Source of the DNA: a virus
Lineage: Duplodnaviria > Heunggongvirae > Uroviricota > Caudoviricetes
Length of the DNA: 41,413 nucleotides
IMG/VR virus record: IMGVR_UViG_2541047940_000004
Span: 1-41,413 of that record
Direction: 5' to 3' (one strand)
In this document: positions 10,785 to 22,000 of the stretch, piece by piece
How positions within the stretch are numbered: the first letter of the stretch is position 1
How the letters are laid out: each line of letters begins with the position of its first letter
Translations under genes and position numbers: made by a program
Notes under the pieces: generated by a model
The model's input: the letters and a program-made list of their open reading frames with translations, nothing else
What the model was told of the DNA's origin: nothing
The model's database searches: none

Positions 10785-11241
10785 TTAATAGCTCCTCATA
10801 TTTCGAACGAGGTAATTGATAGAGGGTGATTCCAACCGGTTTTCCGTTACTCATGTAAGAATCATCAAGGTGACCAACACGGGTAGCGCCAAGCAAACGG
10901 ATAATTGCCCGTCCGTATTTCGTTGTGTCAGGAACCATAGTGATGCTGTTAAGGAATGGTGAGTTTTCGAGAAGCCATTTGCAGAATAATCGATGCCCTT
11001 GCAGTGCATATTCACCACGGAATCCGGGGTCGTACACCGCATGGCATTCAACAACGCTATGCCAGAAGTTACGCACTTCATGAACTCCAGCCAGCACTAA
11101 TCCTTCGTAGATGCCGAGGTATACCGCATCAGGCTTGATGTAGTATTTATCTCCACTGTCTACGATATTTCCCGTGTTTGCCGGGTTGTTAAGGAATTCT
11201 GCAAGCTTCACCGGGTTATCGATGAGCTTTATTTCCATCAC
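10771..11241 (-). CDS. Head assembly/ejection-associated protein, P22 gp14-like
   Basis: 156 aa; position between tail needle and gp7 homologs. Confidence 0.65.
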   Translation of the reverse strand: MMEIKLIDNPVKLAEFLNNPANTGNIVDSGDKYYIKPDAVYLGIYEGLVLAGVHEVRNFWHSVVECHAVYDPGFRGEYALQGHRLFCKWLLENSPFLNSITMVPDTTKYGRAIIRLLGATRVGHLDDSYMSNGKPVGITLYQLPRSKYEELLNVST

Positions 11242-12191
11242 TGCTCCGCAATGATTTTGATGGTTGTGGCAGTAAACGCCGCACCATTTGACTGAATGGT
11301 TAACGTACTGCCATTTGTGGCAAGAAAGCCGTTTTTATCCACGCTGAAGAACGTAGCTAACAGGATGTTGTCGGTTGTTGTCGCCGCATTACGACTGCTC
11401 ACAAGTGTGTCAGGAACAGAGCCGGAAAAGGTTAGCTGCATTGACCTGTTGGCGGTTCCGCTGGGCCACGTCCCGACAATCGACAGCTTGAAGAACAAGG
11501 TTTTGTTCTCGTTGAACACAACCATCTTGTTGTTAACGGTGTCGAAGAATGGTGCCAACGTGCCGGATGACGGCGTGAGCGTTTTCAGCAGGCTAACAAG
11601 GTTGGTCGGCGCTGTCGGGATGGTTACCGATAGTCCTGAGTAAACAACCTCTGATTTCTTGCGCGTGGTGGCATACTCAAGCGCAGATATTCTTGTTGAG
11701 TGATCACCAACTGTGCTTTGTAGCGTCGAAATACTTCCCTCTGCCGCTGTGAGCCTGGTATCAAGTGCGCCGATATCGGTTGTATTCTGAGTTATTCGCG
11801 CATCATGGTTTGCTAACTCAGATTCATTGGCAGCAATTCGCGTCTCGTGATCAGCCAGCTCTGTTTCGGCAGCCGTAATCCTTGTTTCATGATCTGCAAG
11901 AGTGCTTTCCGCTGCTGCAATTCTATGTTCATGATTGATGAGAGTTGCTTCAGCAGCTTCAATTCTGGATTCATGGTCTGCAAGGGTGACATCCTGCTCA
12001 TCATTCTTCACCTGTGCATCATAAGCCCCCTTCCCTGCTTCGTTGGCCTTGTTAGCCACGTTACCAACATCAGTACCCTGTGCGATAACGTACAGCAGAT
12101 ATGACTGCGAGAAGATATTGCGTGGAAGGACTGATGTGTCGAGTCTTGTAGCCTGAATGATTACCGGCTCATTGAGATTCGAATCAGCCAT
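11238..12191 (-). CDS. Tail needle protein (P22 gp26-like) with extended C-terminal domain
   Basis: N-terminus [43 protein letters not shown]...[13 protein letters not shown] matches P22 gp26 from memory; heptad-like HE(T/S)RI repeats; 317 aa versus about 233 in P22, implying an added C-terminal knob. Confidence 0.85.
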   Translation of the reverse strand: MADSNLNEPVIIQATRLDTSVLPRNIFSQSYLLYVIAQGTDVGNVANKANEAGKGAYDAQVKNDEQDVTLADHESRIEAAEATLINHEHRIAAAESTLADHETRITAAETELADHETRIAANESELANHDARITQNTTDIGALDTRLTAAEGSISTLQSTVGDHSTRISALEYATTRKKSEVVYSGLSVTIPTAPTNLVSLLKTLTPSSGTLAPFFDTVNNKMVVFNENKTLFFKLSIVGTWPSGTANRSMQLTFSGSVPDTLVSSRNAATTTDNILLATFFSVDKNGFLATNGSTLTIQSNGAAFTATTIKIIAEQ

Positions 12192-13609
12192 TACTCGATC
12201 CTTATCTGGCAGCCTGACAGAGTGACAGGTGACTTAGTGATAACACGCAATTTGAAGCCGACATTTTTCCTGATGCGCCCAACTCGCTTCCACAAAACGC
12301 GTTTGTCGTAAACGAACGGTTCATTCTGCTCAATCATCTGCTCACGACCGTAATTGATGCCGTCAGTGGTTGCAGAGAGGAACAGGCGGTCAGCGTACTG
12401 CGCAACGCCAGTTGACGATTCAACCTCAAGGTCGAAAACTCTGGCGTTATCTGCTTTGAAGAGTGGAGTAAACAGCAGATGTTCCTGTTGCTTGTCGTAC
12501 TGGCTGCTGATATCGAATTGCAATTTCCCGGTCACGGATTCCAGCTTATCGCCGCACGTTATCTGATTGCCTTCGTAAATGAAGTCGATAGCGCGATACA
12601 CATCGTCATACAGGCATGTTTTCAGTACACACCATTGCGGACCATTGGCGCTTGAAGATGCGTCGTACACGAGAACATGGCGCGGAAGATGGATAATCAG
12701 CAGCTCATGCGCATCAAATCGCAGAGACTCCATCACACCCTCAGCCAGTTCATCAGCAGTGTAGGAGCGGAGAATTTTCTCAATGCTCGCGCTGGCGATT
12801 GGTGATACCTGACCGGAACCGATGATGTATACAGACGGCGCACCTGTTGCCGGATTGCTGATGAACGCATAGGAATCAGCAAACGGCGTTTTGCAGTAAG
12901 TCCCGGCGATGCCTTTTTGCACCATCAGTGATGGCTGTGCGACATACAAAGCAGCACCAACTGTGGTTGCGCCAGTCAGGGAGAAATATTCAATAGTCGA
13001 TGAACCAAAGCAGACGATGAAGTCTCGCCATGTTCCGATGCCGATGATGCCGTCAGGCTGCGATTCTGCGCGATATTGTGCGCTGTAGCGGTCAGGGTGC
13101 GATTCGTCTTCAAGGTCAGTGATAAACCATGAATCAGTTCCGTCTTTTGACCACGCATAACGCCCACGTAAGCGCGTAATGTCACGAACAGAACCTAACT
13201 CATACTGAGTGAATCCGCTGTCTGTAGGCCAGTTTGAGACGGTTTTAACCGTGCCATCATAGCGATACTCGACCAGTTGACCATTAACGCCTACAGCCTG
13301 AGATGTCCGACCATGCGCCATTGATACGCGACCACTTCCGGCAACATCACCGACTGCATTTTCTCCTTTGTACAGCTTGCCACCACACACGCGATAAACA
13401 GCACTCTGCGCCATGTTGTACTCGACGCCTCGAGATACACCGTTCACATCAGAACGTTTGGCAATGCCCGGGAATGAGCGAAGATATCCGCTGCTGTTCA
13501 GGATTTCTTTGGGTGTAGCCAGCATATTCACTGGCAGATAGTCGATATAGTCGGCGTTTCGAAAGTCTTTGCCGACACCTTTCATAAGCGGAAGTTGCTG
13601 AATCGGCAT
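12191..13609 (-). CDS. Tail accessory factor, P22 gp10-like
   Basis: 472 aa, same length as P22 gp10 as I recall; synteny. Confidence 0.75.
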   Translation of the reverse strand: MPIQQLPLMKGVGKDFRNADYIDYLPVNMLATPKEILNSSGYLRSFPGIAKRSDVNGVSRGVEYNMAQSAVYRVCGGKLYKGENAVGDVAGSGRVSMAHGRTSQAVGVNGQLVEYRYDGTVKTVSNWPTDSGFTQYELGSVRDITRLRGRYAWSKDGTDSWFITDLEDESHPDRYSAQYRAESQPDGIIGIGTWRDFIVCFGSSTIEYFSLTGATTVGAALYVAQPSLMVQKGIAGTYCKTPFADSYAFISNPATGAPSVYIIGSGQVSPIASASIEKILRSYTADELAEGVMESLRFDAHELLIIHLPRHVLVYDASSSANGPQWCVLKTCLYDDVYRAIDFIYEGNQITCGDKLESVTGKLQFDISSQYDKQQEHLLFTPLFKADNARVFDLEVESSTGVAQYADRLFLSATTDGINYGREQMIEQNEPFVYDKRVLWKRVGRIRKNVGFKLRVITKSPVTLSGCQIRIE

Positions 13610-13618
13610 TTATTCACC

Positions 13619-14080
13619 TCACGTACTCGGATCATCTTTCTCGATGTAAAACCGATTCCACGTAAACGCGCTTTTGTTACCACTACCGCGAGGCATGTCA
13701 TTTCGCCGCTCAAGTGGTGGTATTTTGGTTAAAGCGATACAGATTGTTTGATATGCACTGTCAGCAGCGGTAATGAGAGCGTCTGACGGCTGAATGACGT
13801 TATCCATGCACACTTGCACAGCGAGTTTCAAAGCGACGCCATCATTTGCCCATGCAGGGATACCTGAATCATCGTCAGGTAACGGCATGATGCCGTTTTC
13901 TGTATCAGCAAACTGATACCCAAGCTCGATACCTTTCGCCAGCCATGCTGCCATCATGTCTTCGAGGTCATTAATGGCATCTTCAATTGCCTGAGGGTCA
14001 GCATCTGTCAACGTGGCATTGGAATACAGCCCGGCTTTTCGTAAAGCCTTTAGAACGAGATCACCCTTCGTTTTCGCCAT
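13619..14080 (-). CDS. Head completion / tail adaptor protein, P22 gp4-like
   Basis: 153 aa; synteny between coat and gp10. Confidence 0.7.
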   Translation of the reverse strand: MAKTKGDLVLKALRKAGLYSNATLTDADPQAIEDAINDLEDMMAAWLAKGIELGYQFADTENGIMPLPDDDSGIPAWANDGVALKLAVQVCMDNVIQPSDALITAADSAYQTICIALTKIPPLERRNDMPRGSGNKSAFTWNRFYIEKDDPST

Positions 14081-14249
14081 CTTCTTCCGCCTTAGCCACT
14101 TTTTGCTTCGTTGCGGTTTCTTCAGGAGTTTTTACCCAACCTTTTTTCAGGTGAGATTTAACTTCTTCGTCATCAACAATGATGTAATCGACAGCAAACT
14201 GACCACAGGTGATCATGTTGCCAGGCTTATAGAGCATTGCTCGTGCCAT
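14061..14249 (-). CDS. Small hypothetical protein between coat and gp4 genes
   Basis: ATG at 14249 (MARAMLYKPGN...) with GGAAG upstream; acidic C-terminus; track ORF 14061-14288 starts at a TTG. Confidence 0.4.
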   Translation of the reverse strand: MARAMLYKPGNMITCGQFAVDYIIVDDEEVKSHLKKGWVKTPEETATKQKVAKAEEDGENEG

Positions 14250-14260
14250 TGTCTTCCCCC

Positions 14261-14283
14261 AATAAAAATGGGGCCGAAGCCCC
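14261..14283 (-). terminator. Hairpin plus T-run just downstream of coat gene (possible partial terminator)
   Basis: Minus strand reads GGGGC-ttcg-GCCCC followed by ATTTTTATT. Confidence 0.45.
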
Positions 14284-14290
14284 ACCAAAA

Positions 14291-15544
14291 TTACTGCCCG
14301 GCAATAACGATGCCCGTATATTCAGGAACAAGTACAGAGCAACCGTACAGAGTGGTGAAACGCGCAGTGGTTACGCCTTTGATGTGGTCGAAGGCGTAAG
14401 ACATGATCAGCGTAGCGCCCTGCTCGGTGGTTGCCGTCATTACCTGTGGACCCTGACCAGTCGGGAACGCCAGTTTGCCGTACATCAGTTCAACAGAACC
14501 ATCAGCCCAGAACAGGTTAGCCGGTGCGGAATTTTTGTTGAGAATGGTGATTGCTGCTGATGCTGCCGGTTTGGCATCGACGTTTGCATATGGACGACTC
14601 GCAACATCGGTATTTTCAACAGGGAGAATCTTTGGAGAGATTGTTACGGTAGTTCCGCTAACAGCCAGAACACGGAATACCTGCGGTTGCCCGGTGGTAT
14701 CTTTTGTGATCTGGTGTACGGAATTCACACCGGCAATGGTGAACGCATCACCAACCTGCAAGCCAGATGCAGATACCGTAATAGTCCCCTGTCGGTTATC
14801 AACTGGCATACCATTTGAATCTTTCGCTTCAACCTTGTGTTCAGGTTGGCCTGATACTGTCAAGGATTCAGAGCTTCCTTTCGGTAATCGACCAGAAATA
14901 TCGGTCTTGTAGCTATCGAAGGACGCAACCGGAGGGATCTGCGCTTTTTCGTATGCTGTCAGGGTTGCACCCTGAGCATAGGCACGGTGACCAAGCTCGC
15001 CAGCAAGGTCTTTGTAGTTGAAGGGGTTCCAGAAAGAGCGACGGTTGATACCCTGAGGTACACCAATCGCCGTCATGGTGGCATCAATACCTGCTGCACA
15101 GTTCCACAAATCACGGCCCCGTGAACCTGTGGTTGAGTCAGCCATCGTGATCACGTTAGTAGCACGCTGCGTGACCATGGAAATCAGGTCAGAGTCAATC
15201 TGTGCAGCAAGGCGCATACCTGCGGCTCGACCAGCTTCAGTTTTATGTTCCGGGTCACGCATTTCACGCGCATCCAGAGTGTACAGAATGTTTTTCGGCT
15301 CCTTGAACACAGAAGGAACAAGGCGCTGAACCAGTGCTGTAGGCGTTTTGCTGCTGAGGTCTAGGCCTTCCTCAATGTTCATGTGGTAATGCTGCGGACG
15401 ATACAGAACATCACCTGCTCGCTGCATTGCTGTATCACCAGGACGGAATTTTTTAGCGTTACGGGAAACTACACAGGCGGCCTCAAAGCCTTCAACGTAG
15501 TTTTCGAACATGATTTCAAGGTCTTTTGCTAATTGGTTAGCCAT
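14291..15544 (-). CDS. Major coat protein (P22-type)
   Basis: 417 aa; position after scaffold; local similarity to P22 coat from memory (for example NLFWADGSVEL versus NVFWADDAIRI). Confidence 0.8.
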   Translation of the reverse strand: MANQLAKDLEIMFENYVEGFEAACVVSRNAKKFRPGDTAMQRAGDVLYRPQHYHMNIEEGLDLSSKTPTALVQRLVPSVFKEPKNILYTLDAREMRDPEHKTEAGRAAGMRLAAQIDSDLISMVTQRATNVITMADSTTGSRGRDLWNCAAGIDATMTAIGVPQGINRRSFWNPFNYKDLAGELGHRAYAQGATLTAYEKAQIPPVASFDSYKTDISGRLPKGSSESLTVSGQPEHKVEAKDSNGMPVDNRQGTITVSASGLQVGDAFTIAGVNSVHQITKDTTGQPQVFRVLAVSGTTVTISPKILPVENTDVASRPYANVDAKPAASAAITILNKNSAPANLFWADGSVELMYGKLAFPTGQGPQVMTATTEQGATLIMSYAFDHIKGVTTARFTTLYGCSVLVPEYTGIVIAGQ

Positions 15545-15562
15545 GCTTAATGCTCCGATAGG

Positions 15563-16456
15563 TTATTTTTTTGCCTTTTTAGCGGCGAAATACGGCGTCC
15601 AGTCACCAGTTTCCAGCGCCTTGGCTTTCAGTTTGTCGAGGTTATTGATTACTGCGCCGCTGCTCCCCTTAACTGTCGGGGTTGTGGCTGCCGTGTTTTT
15701 TGCTTTTGGCATGATTTTGGCCTTCGATTCGATACGTTCCAGCAGACGACCAATTGCTACGGGGTTGGTAGCTTCTGCCAGTTGCTTGCGCAGTTCAGCG
15801 TTGCGACCGAGTGCCAGAACAACGATTTCCGGCTTCTCTGACTCAAACAGGATCGCGTTTTGTGTCTCGATGGGGATTTCCTCGAGTACGGCCTGTTCTG
15901 CTTCCTGATAGCCAGGAACCTTGAGAGCCTTAACACGTTGCTGATATTTGGATAATCGCTCTTGATAAGCAGCCTGAAGCTCCTGCTCCTTCTGCTTGCG
16001 AGCCATCTCCTGTTGCTGGTACTTTCCGTTATCCTCTGCCCACTTAGCCATGCGTTGCTGGTAGATTTCTTCATCGAAACCGATGTCCTCATCGTCCAGT
16101 TTTGGCATTCGCGGTGGTTGAGTGATTACCGACTGCTGCTCGACGGGTTTCTGAGACTGACGCATCAGTTCTTTCAGTTCGCGGTCTTTCTCTTTAATCG
16201 TCTTGCGCAGGTGTTTTACCAGTCCATGCTCTGCGCTATCTTCGCTGGTTGGCGAATCCAGCTTTTCGTCACCAAAGTAGAATTCCTGTTCTGATTCGTC
16301 GTCATCAGTTTCAGTAGCTTCCTCTGCATCATTGCCGGAGGACTCACTGCCATCTTCTGTTTCAACTTCTTCAGCCAGTTCGACATCATCAGGAATCTGC
16401 TCTGACGCGTCGTTTTCGATTTCAACTTCTGGTGTGTTTTCTGCCATCTGGTCCAT
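15563..16456 (-). CDS. Scaffolding protein
   Basis: 297 aa; highly acidic N-terminus, charged helical C-terminus; between portal and coat. Confidence 0.8.
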   Translation of the reverse strand: MDQMAENTPEVEIENDASEQIPDDVELAEEVETEDGSESSGNDAEEATETDDDESEQEFYFGDEKLDSPTSEDSAEHGLVKHLRKTIKEKDRELKELMRQSQKPVEQQSVITQPPRMPKLDDEDIGFDEEIYQQRMAKWAEDNGKYQQQEMARKQKEQELQAAYQERLSKYQQRVKALKVPGYQEAEQAVLEEIPIETQNAILFESEKPEIVVLALGRNAELRKQLAEATNPVAIGRLLERIESKAKIMPKAKNTAATTPTVKGSSGAVINNLDKLKAKALETGDWTPYFAAKKAKK

Positions 16457-16546
16457 TTGTTACCCCTGTTTACTCGATGTTCAGCCCATCGGAAGGCAAT
16501 AGGGTGCCAGGCCTCATAAAGACAGCCATTGCACGTTATGGGTTAA

Positions 16547-18745
16547 TTACTGCTGTGGTTGTTGCTGAGTTGATTTTTGCAGGATGCTGCTGATGTCCAT
16601 GCGCTGCGCATGGCCCTGTGCCTGACTTTTCAGGACAAGCTCTGCATCAGCACGGGCATTGTCTCCTTGCTGTTGCTGGAACTGTCCGAGCAGTTTCAGA
16701 GCCTCGCGGATATCAGATTTCTGCTGGCTATCGGCAGATGCGAGGATTTTCACAACATTTGCCGCTGCAACCTGAGCATCAGTCTGTGCCTGGAATGCTT
16801 TAACCTGAATGGCTGCCTGTTCGTTCTGCGCTTTCTGCAATTCAGCCTGACCAGCAAGAAGCTGACCTTGCGCAGCAACCATAGCCGGATCTGGCTGACT
16901 GGCCTGTTGTTGTTTCGCCTGCTCAACCATCTGCTGTTCTTCTGGGGTTCTCGGCTTGATAACTCCAGACAGAAGCAACTGATTGCGGTTGTATTCTTTA
17001 AGGTCGTCCATCCCTTCGCCGTCCATATTGTCGAGAATCATCGACGATACAAGGTCGTGCTTCGGCGTTCCTGGTGGGATAAGTGCCAGCATGGAAAGTA
17101 ACGACTTAACCGTTGCATCACGGCGAGTAGCGAACGACTGACCAACATCGACAGTCACTTCATAGTTGCCCTGCGAAAGGTCATTAAGCGCGATAACCTG
17201 CCCTGTCTGACGGTCAACAACTTCACCAGTCATCAGCGCCACATCATCGCTGCCGTCCTCATTAACGATACGCATCGGCGTATCACTGCCATAGACCTCA
17301 CGCGCCATAGAAAGCCACACGACGCCAGCGCGGCGCATGGATTTAGCCATGTTGTCCATGTAGATATAGGACTGCGTATCCATCCGGTTAAAGATGCTAT
17401 CAACGGTATCGGTAGCAACGTTGCTCGGCATGTTCTCAAGCTGCGAAGCCCCGGTAATTTGCTGAATAGCCGTTCCGGTGTACTGCAATAACCCGGCAAG
17501 AGCAGGAGGCATTTGTGTCGGAGGTGTATAACTACTTACCTGAGCCTGCGCAGTAATATCTCCGTTTTTGTTTTTCAGACTGACCATCGGCAGGAACGCC
17601 GGGCGCTTTTTGTTGCGCTCCGCCCAATGAGTGGCGAGAGGACCAGGAATCATGTCAACATCAACTACAGGAATGCCATCACCGCCAGCCTGAGTAGCGT
17701 TATCTGCAATCATGGAAACCATCAGGTTCTCAAGACGCTGTGCATCCATCGCTTTTGCTGCGTGGCCTTCGATTCGCTCCTGATTATCAACAAATGAGCG
17801 ACGCCCATATACCGGGATGAGTGGAATATGTTCGCCCGGAATACGCTTCGGTTCTTCCAGCCATTCAGCGCCAGACAGAAGACCGCAATAAACGCGGCGT
17901 TTCTTCACTGTCCGCTCACCGATCAGTTCGAATGAACCATCGGTTAGCTCGTCGACAATATCTTTGATTTGATCTTCATCATAGATTGCCGTTTCTCCGC
18001 TAACAGGGTTGCGCCATGCTGAGAGCTTCACCTTCTCTATGCGAACTTCGTAGTAGCGACCAACATAGATAGCATCAGGAGTTGACCAGTCATATTGAGT
18101 GCCAGTGTCATCACGAGAAAGGCTTGCCGCGATGGAATCAGGGTATTCAGCCTCGAACGCTTTAGGTGTCATGGAGAACATTTCCAAAGCCCACATAGCA
18201 TCAGAGCGGTCATATTGCTTGCTGTCCTGATCGAAGAAGACGCATGTCGCTGGGTCGTAAACCGGGATAAGGCTTATACGGCGCTGTTCGTTACTCGGAT
18301 CCATTTCATCTTCGTAATCGGCACACATGCGGAAACAACCGAATCCGCCAGTTACGGCATCATCAAATGCGTTATCACACGCTTCGCCACCGGATGTTTC
18401 CTGATAGTCAGCGCGGAATTTGCCGTTCATCTTTTCGGCTAACGCTTCCGATGCCTTGTCGTCCTTCGGCCTGAATTTAACGCTGATGCGATTCTGTCGA
18501 TACTCACCAATGATGCGATCACATTCACGGGCGATCTTATTCAGCTCAAAGCGCGGGTAATGCTCAAACCTGCCCTCATCAAATGAGTAACCAGCGTTTG
18601 TGCTGCCTTCCCACTGTGCGCCGGACACCCGTACGAAACGTTGAGCCTCAATAATCTGCTCACGCATATCCTGCGTTGCTGACCAGGCATTATCAAAGTT
18701 GCACAGCACCTTGCGATGCCAGTCAGTCATCTTTTTTTCTGCCAT
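16547..18745 (-). CDS. Portal protein
   Basis: 732 aa with Gln-rich C-terminal tail, as in the P22 portal; follows large terminase. Confidence 0.85.
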   Translation of the reverse strand: MAEKKMTDWHRKVLCNFDNAWSATQDMREQIIEAQRFVRVSGAQWEGSTNAGYSFDEGRFEHYPRFELNKIARECDRIIGEYRQNRISVKFRPKDDKASEALAEKMNGKFRADYQETSGGEACDNAFDDAVTGGFGCFRMCADYEDEMDPSNEQRRISLIPVYDPATCVFFDQDSKQYDRSDAMWALEMFSMTPKAFEAEYPDSIAASLSRDDTGTQYDWSTPDAIYVGRYYEVRIEKVKLSAWRNPVSGETAIYDEDQIKDIVDELTDGSFELIGERTVKKRRVYCGLLSGAEWLEEPKRIPGEHIPLIPVYGRRSFVDNQERIEGHAAKAMDAQRLENLMVSMIADNATQAGGDGIPVVDVDMIPGPLATHWAERNKKRPAFLPMVSLKNKNGDITAQAQVSSYTPPTQMPPALAGLLQYTGTAIQQITGASQLENMPSNVATDTVDSIFNRMDTQSYIYMDNMAKSMRRAGVVWLSMAREVYGSDTPMRIVNEDGSDDVALMTGEVVDRQTGQVIALNDLSQGNYEVTVDVGQSFATRRDATVKSLLSMLALIPPGTPKHDLVSSMILDNMDGEGMDDLKEYNRNQLLLSGVIKPRTPEEQQMVEQAKQQQASQPDPAMVAAQGQLLAGQAELQKAQNEQAAIQVKAFQAQTDAQVAAANVVKILASADSQQKSDIREALKLLGQFQQQQGDNARADAELVLKSQAQGHAQRMDISSILQKSTQQQPQQ

Positions 18746-18746
18746 A

Positions 18747-20162
18747 TCAACCTACACCACAAGGAATTGAGTAACTGGAATAGTCGGGTTGCGCAGCCGA
18801 CTCCGGGCAATGCATACACATCATCAGCGCATCAGCCAGGTTAGGAGATGGAATACCGAGCTTCTGCTTCATTTCGACCTTAGTCATTAGCTCCAGCTTC
18901 CCGTTGTTATTGAATTTGCGCTGAATCTGCGTCAGTTCTGCAAACAGCTTCTCAAGCATCTTCTCGCCTATCGCTTCTTTGTCGAAACTCAGCATGTCGT
19001 CGGGGTCTGCATACTCACCGTGAACAACCGCCCGATATGTCAGATACAACCTGTCAGCCAGCGCGTAATAGAATTGCGCTCGCTTATTGCGGAACACATC
19101 GCCAATAGTGCGAACGTTGTCGCCCTGCACGACTTCATCAGCCCATGCTCCAGCCTGATATGGTGCATCTTCATCAAATGGCGATTCGCTGCCCTTGAAC
19201 ATCGTGGCGGTGATTTTCTTACCGGAGAACGCTTCCGTTGTCTGTCTGCGTAGCCCTGCACCGACACCATCACCATCCCACAAGTAGTGGTCAGCACCGT
19301 CTTCAATCGCCAGCGAAGTAGCCCAGTCAGCCCCCTCGTTGATGTCCATCAGCAGACCTTCGGCAATGCGCTTAACTACCGAACCGTGACGCGATGCGTA
19401 ACCTTTAGCATCTGGCCCTGTATCTGATGGGTCATGCGCAGAGACAACAGCGCCTTTCGCTTTCCATCCGAGTTTCTTGTGCGCATCGGTTGCAGCTTCA
19501 AGCCATTCTCGTTTGATGATTGCCATATCACTTGCGCTTACCGGCTCACCAAGCCAGATGTGACGATACAGTGTCGGATTTCTGCGTTTACACTCTTCCA
19601 TCTCCAGACGGAGAACTTCAGGAAAGTGCGGGTTGTCGGTGTAGTTCACCGTCAGCAGACAAATATCATCAGGAGGATTTACGACGAATCGCTGATAGGT
19701 ATCGTCGAGGATGTTCTTCGGGTTAAAGCTCACCCATATTTCAGAGAACGGCTTACGGATGGTTGGTATCAGGATATCCCATGATTCCTTCGTTACCGCC
19801 TCCGCTTCTTCCACCCAGCAGATATCAATACCTTCGAGCGATTTAATCTTCGTCGGGTTGTTTTTGATGCCGTAGAACATGAATTCAGCATTCGTTCCGA
19901 GATGACGAATCATGGAACGCTGAATTTCAAACTCAGCCGTATACCCTTCACGCTCGATGGTATCTTCAAGCAACCGGATTACCGAATCGCTGATACTGTT
20001 TTGCAGTTCACGAGCGCAGAGAATACGCACAGGCTGCCGACGCGCCGCTTCAACAAGCAGCCTCGCAATTGCCCATGATTTGCCGCTACCTCGACCGCCT
20101 TTGGCGACTTTGTAGCGATGCGCCTCAATGAACGGTTCAAAGATAGGATTAATCGAGGTCAT
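18747..20162 (-). CDS. Terminase large subunit
   Basis: 471 aa; Walker A KGGRGSGKS; position. Confidence 0.9.
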   Translation of the reverse strand: MTSINPIFEPFIEAHRYKVAKGGRGSGKSWAIARLLVEAARRQPVRILCARELQNSISDSVIRLLEDTIEREGYTAEFEIQRSMIRHLGTNAEFMFYGIKNNPTKIKSLEGIDICWVEEAEAVTKESWDILIPTIRKPFSEIWVSFNPKNILDDTYQRFVVNPPDDICLLTVNYTDNPHFPEVLRLEMEECKRRNPTLYRHIWLGEPVSASDMAIIKREWLEAATDAHKKLGWKAKGAVVSAHDPSDTGPDAKGYASRHGSVVKRIAEGLLMDINEGADWATSLAIEDGADHYLWDGDGVGAGLRRQTTEAFSGKKITATMFKGSESPFDEDAPYQAGAWADEVVQGDNVRTIGDVFRNKRAQFYYALADRLYLTYRAVVHGEYADPDDMLSFDKEAIGEKMLEKLFAELTQIQRKFNNNGKLELMTKVEMKQKLGIPSPNLADALMMCMHCPESAAQPDYSSYSIPCGVG

Positions 20163-20599
20163 TTTCCGAATAGAGTGCTCATCGGTGATGTTTCAATCTG
20201 GATTGCGCCGCCGTCTTTGCCTGTTAGCTCGTGATCAACCTTGTCGCGCCATTTATCCTTCTGTCGGTTCTTAAGCCAGAAAATGGCAGCGGTTGTATCA
20301 GGCGGGTAATACTTCTCAAGCGGAGTTTCGACAATTCTGTTTTCAATAACACGAATATCGATATCTGGAGCCACGAAGCCCATAGCGCGTTGATAAAGAC
20401 GATCACTAACTTCTGCATCAGCGACGGCCTTACCCTTTTTTATGGACTCCGAAAACTTAGGATAATCAAGCTTCCACTTGTTAATAGTTGACTCACTGAC
20501 TTCAAAGAAATCAGCAAGTTCTGCATCGGTGTAGCCCAGCAAGCACAGTTTGCGTGCCTGTTCGGCATACGCCTCTTGATACTTTGTTGGGCGCGCCAT
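20159..20599 (-). CDS. Terminase small subunit
   Basis: 146 aa immediately upstream of and overlapping the large terminase gene. Confidence 0.75.
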   Translation of the reverse strand: MARPTKYQEAYAEQARKLCLLGYTDAELADFFEVSESTINKWKLDYPKFSESIKKGKAVADAEVSDRLYQRAMGFVAPDIDIRVIENRIVETPLEKYYPPDTTAAIFWLKNRQKDKWRDKVDHELTGKDGGAIQIETSPMSTLFGK

Positions 20600-20601
20600 G
20601 T

Positions 20602-20844
20602 TTATGCTCCGGTAGTGAACAGGTCTAACGCTTCCTTCGATTTACGCACCGCTTCGAATGTGCGGGTCGTGATATCTGAATTAGCGCCACCTGACTGGAA
20701 GTGAATTTTAAATAGCTCAAGCTTCAGCTCGTCAGTGCCAATGAATTGAAATGCTTCTTCAGCGGCTGCGTTCTGGTTCATGACCAGTTTATAAATCTCT
20801 AACTGGAATTTCTGTTCTTCAGTCATGGGAATAATCTCTGCCAT
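20602..20844 (-). CDS. Hypothetical 80-aa protein upstream of terminase genes
   Basis: ORF with GGAG RBS about 7 nt upstream; tightly packed against small terminase. Confidence 0.5.
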   Translation of the reverse strand: MAEIIPMTEEQKFQLEIYKLVMNQNAAAEEAFQFIGTDELKLELFKIHFQSGGANSDITTRTFEAVRKSKEALDLFTTGA

Positions 20845-21139
20845 TGTTGGCTCCGTTTATCCGTTAAAAGGGATATCAGTTAAGTTATCCCGTGTAGGGT
20901 ATAAGCTATTGTCGAGACCACTCATTGAATGGCCTCTGCAATAACCGATGTCTTTCCATCAGTCCGCCACCACAAAGAATCTTTTTTTGCCATAAGGCAG
21001 GAGGTTCATCTTTCAGTGGCTGCCAGTGTTATTTCCCCACTTACTGGCTTGGGTTGTTTCGCTGTACTGCCGTAACTGGTTGCCCAGAATAAATTCCGGT
21101 TTCATTATCAAGCCCACCCGTAGATGGGCTTTGGAATGG

Positions 21140-21658
21140 TCACTTTGGCAGTCCGGGGATCGATATTTGCGCCTGCTGCTCAAGCCTTTCGATTCTTGCT
21201 ATGAGTTGCGGTTTGTTGATCCTGCCCCAGCGGTTCAGCAAGCGTCCTGACATACTGGCAACATCCTTTTCCTTCATGAACTCCAGCATTAACTCGTTGT
21301 GCTCTCTTTGGTATGAGTGAGCCATCTCCATCAGCCTGTCACGCATCCAATTAAATGCTTTGATAAACGCCTCTTTGATGGCGGCAGCTTTTTTGCCGGT
21401 AAACGACATGATGATGTACATCGCGCCGTCTTTGGAAATTTCATATTCAACATACTGATTACCCTTGTGTTCATAGGTAACCCGCGAAAAGTTGCTGGTT
21501 AGAAATTCATCCGAACAGTCTAGCTTTTCGATTTTCTGAATGATGTGGTGATGCTGCTTGTCGAAGTAAGCTGCTACCTTGCGGGAGGTTGTGATCACGC
21601 GATCACCAGAAACAACCACCATGTCCCGGAAATCGAGATTAGCCAATTGATGATTCAT
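21140..21658 (-). CDS. rha: Rha-family phage regulatory protein
   Basis: Start placed at internal Met MNHQLANLDFRDMVVVSGDRVITTSRKVAAYF..., which fits the Rha N-terminal pattern; same position as P22 rha between lysis and terminase genes; the 81-codon upstream extension of track ORF 21140-21901 is rejected. Confidence 0.65.
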   Translation of the reverse strand: MNHQLANLDFRDMVVVSGDRVITTSRKVAAYFDKQHHHIIQKIEKLDCSDEFLTSNFSRVTYEHKGNQYVEYEISKDGAMYIIMSFTGKKAAAIKEAFIKAFNWMRDRLMEMAHSYQREHNELMLEFMKEKDVASMSGRLLNRWGRINKPQLIARIERLEQQAQISIPGLPK

Positions 21659-22000
21659 AGCGTCTTTACCTTTTAGAAAGTGAGCCTGTCTCACAGAAAA
21701 GCCGCCCGAGAGAGGTCGCCACCTATAACGGCATTTCTCAGGCTCGCTTACTGAAAGGCTCTCGTTAATATTCGCGTGAGATGCGCTGTGAAATTCAGAT
21801 ATAAAAAGCCCCGCGAATGCGAGGCTAAATCCTGGTATTTGTAATGAACTGGCTCTTATCTCAACGCAGCCCCTTACTGCGCGCCAGATGCTCAATATCA
21901 AGCATCAGCAATGAGATGTTTAATCTGGATTTACTCCAGAAGTGATCACCACCCTGTCTACAGAGCCAGATGTGAAGGATGATGAGTAAAATTATCGCTA

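Noticed and set aside
21659-21901. N-terminal 81-codon extension of the rha ORF
   Set aside because: A Rha-like N-terminus begins at the internal Met at 21658; the upstream ATG has no Shine-Dalgarno and the extension has no protein-like features
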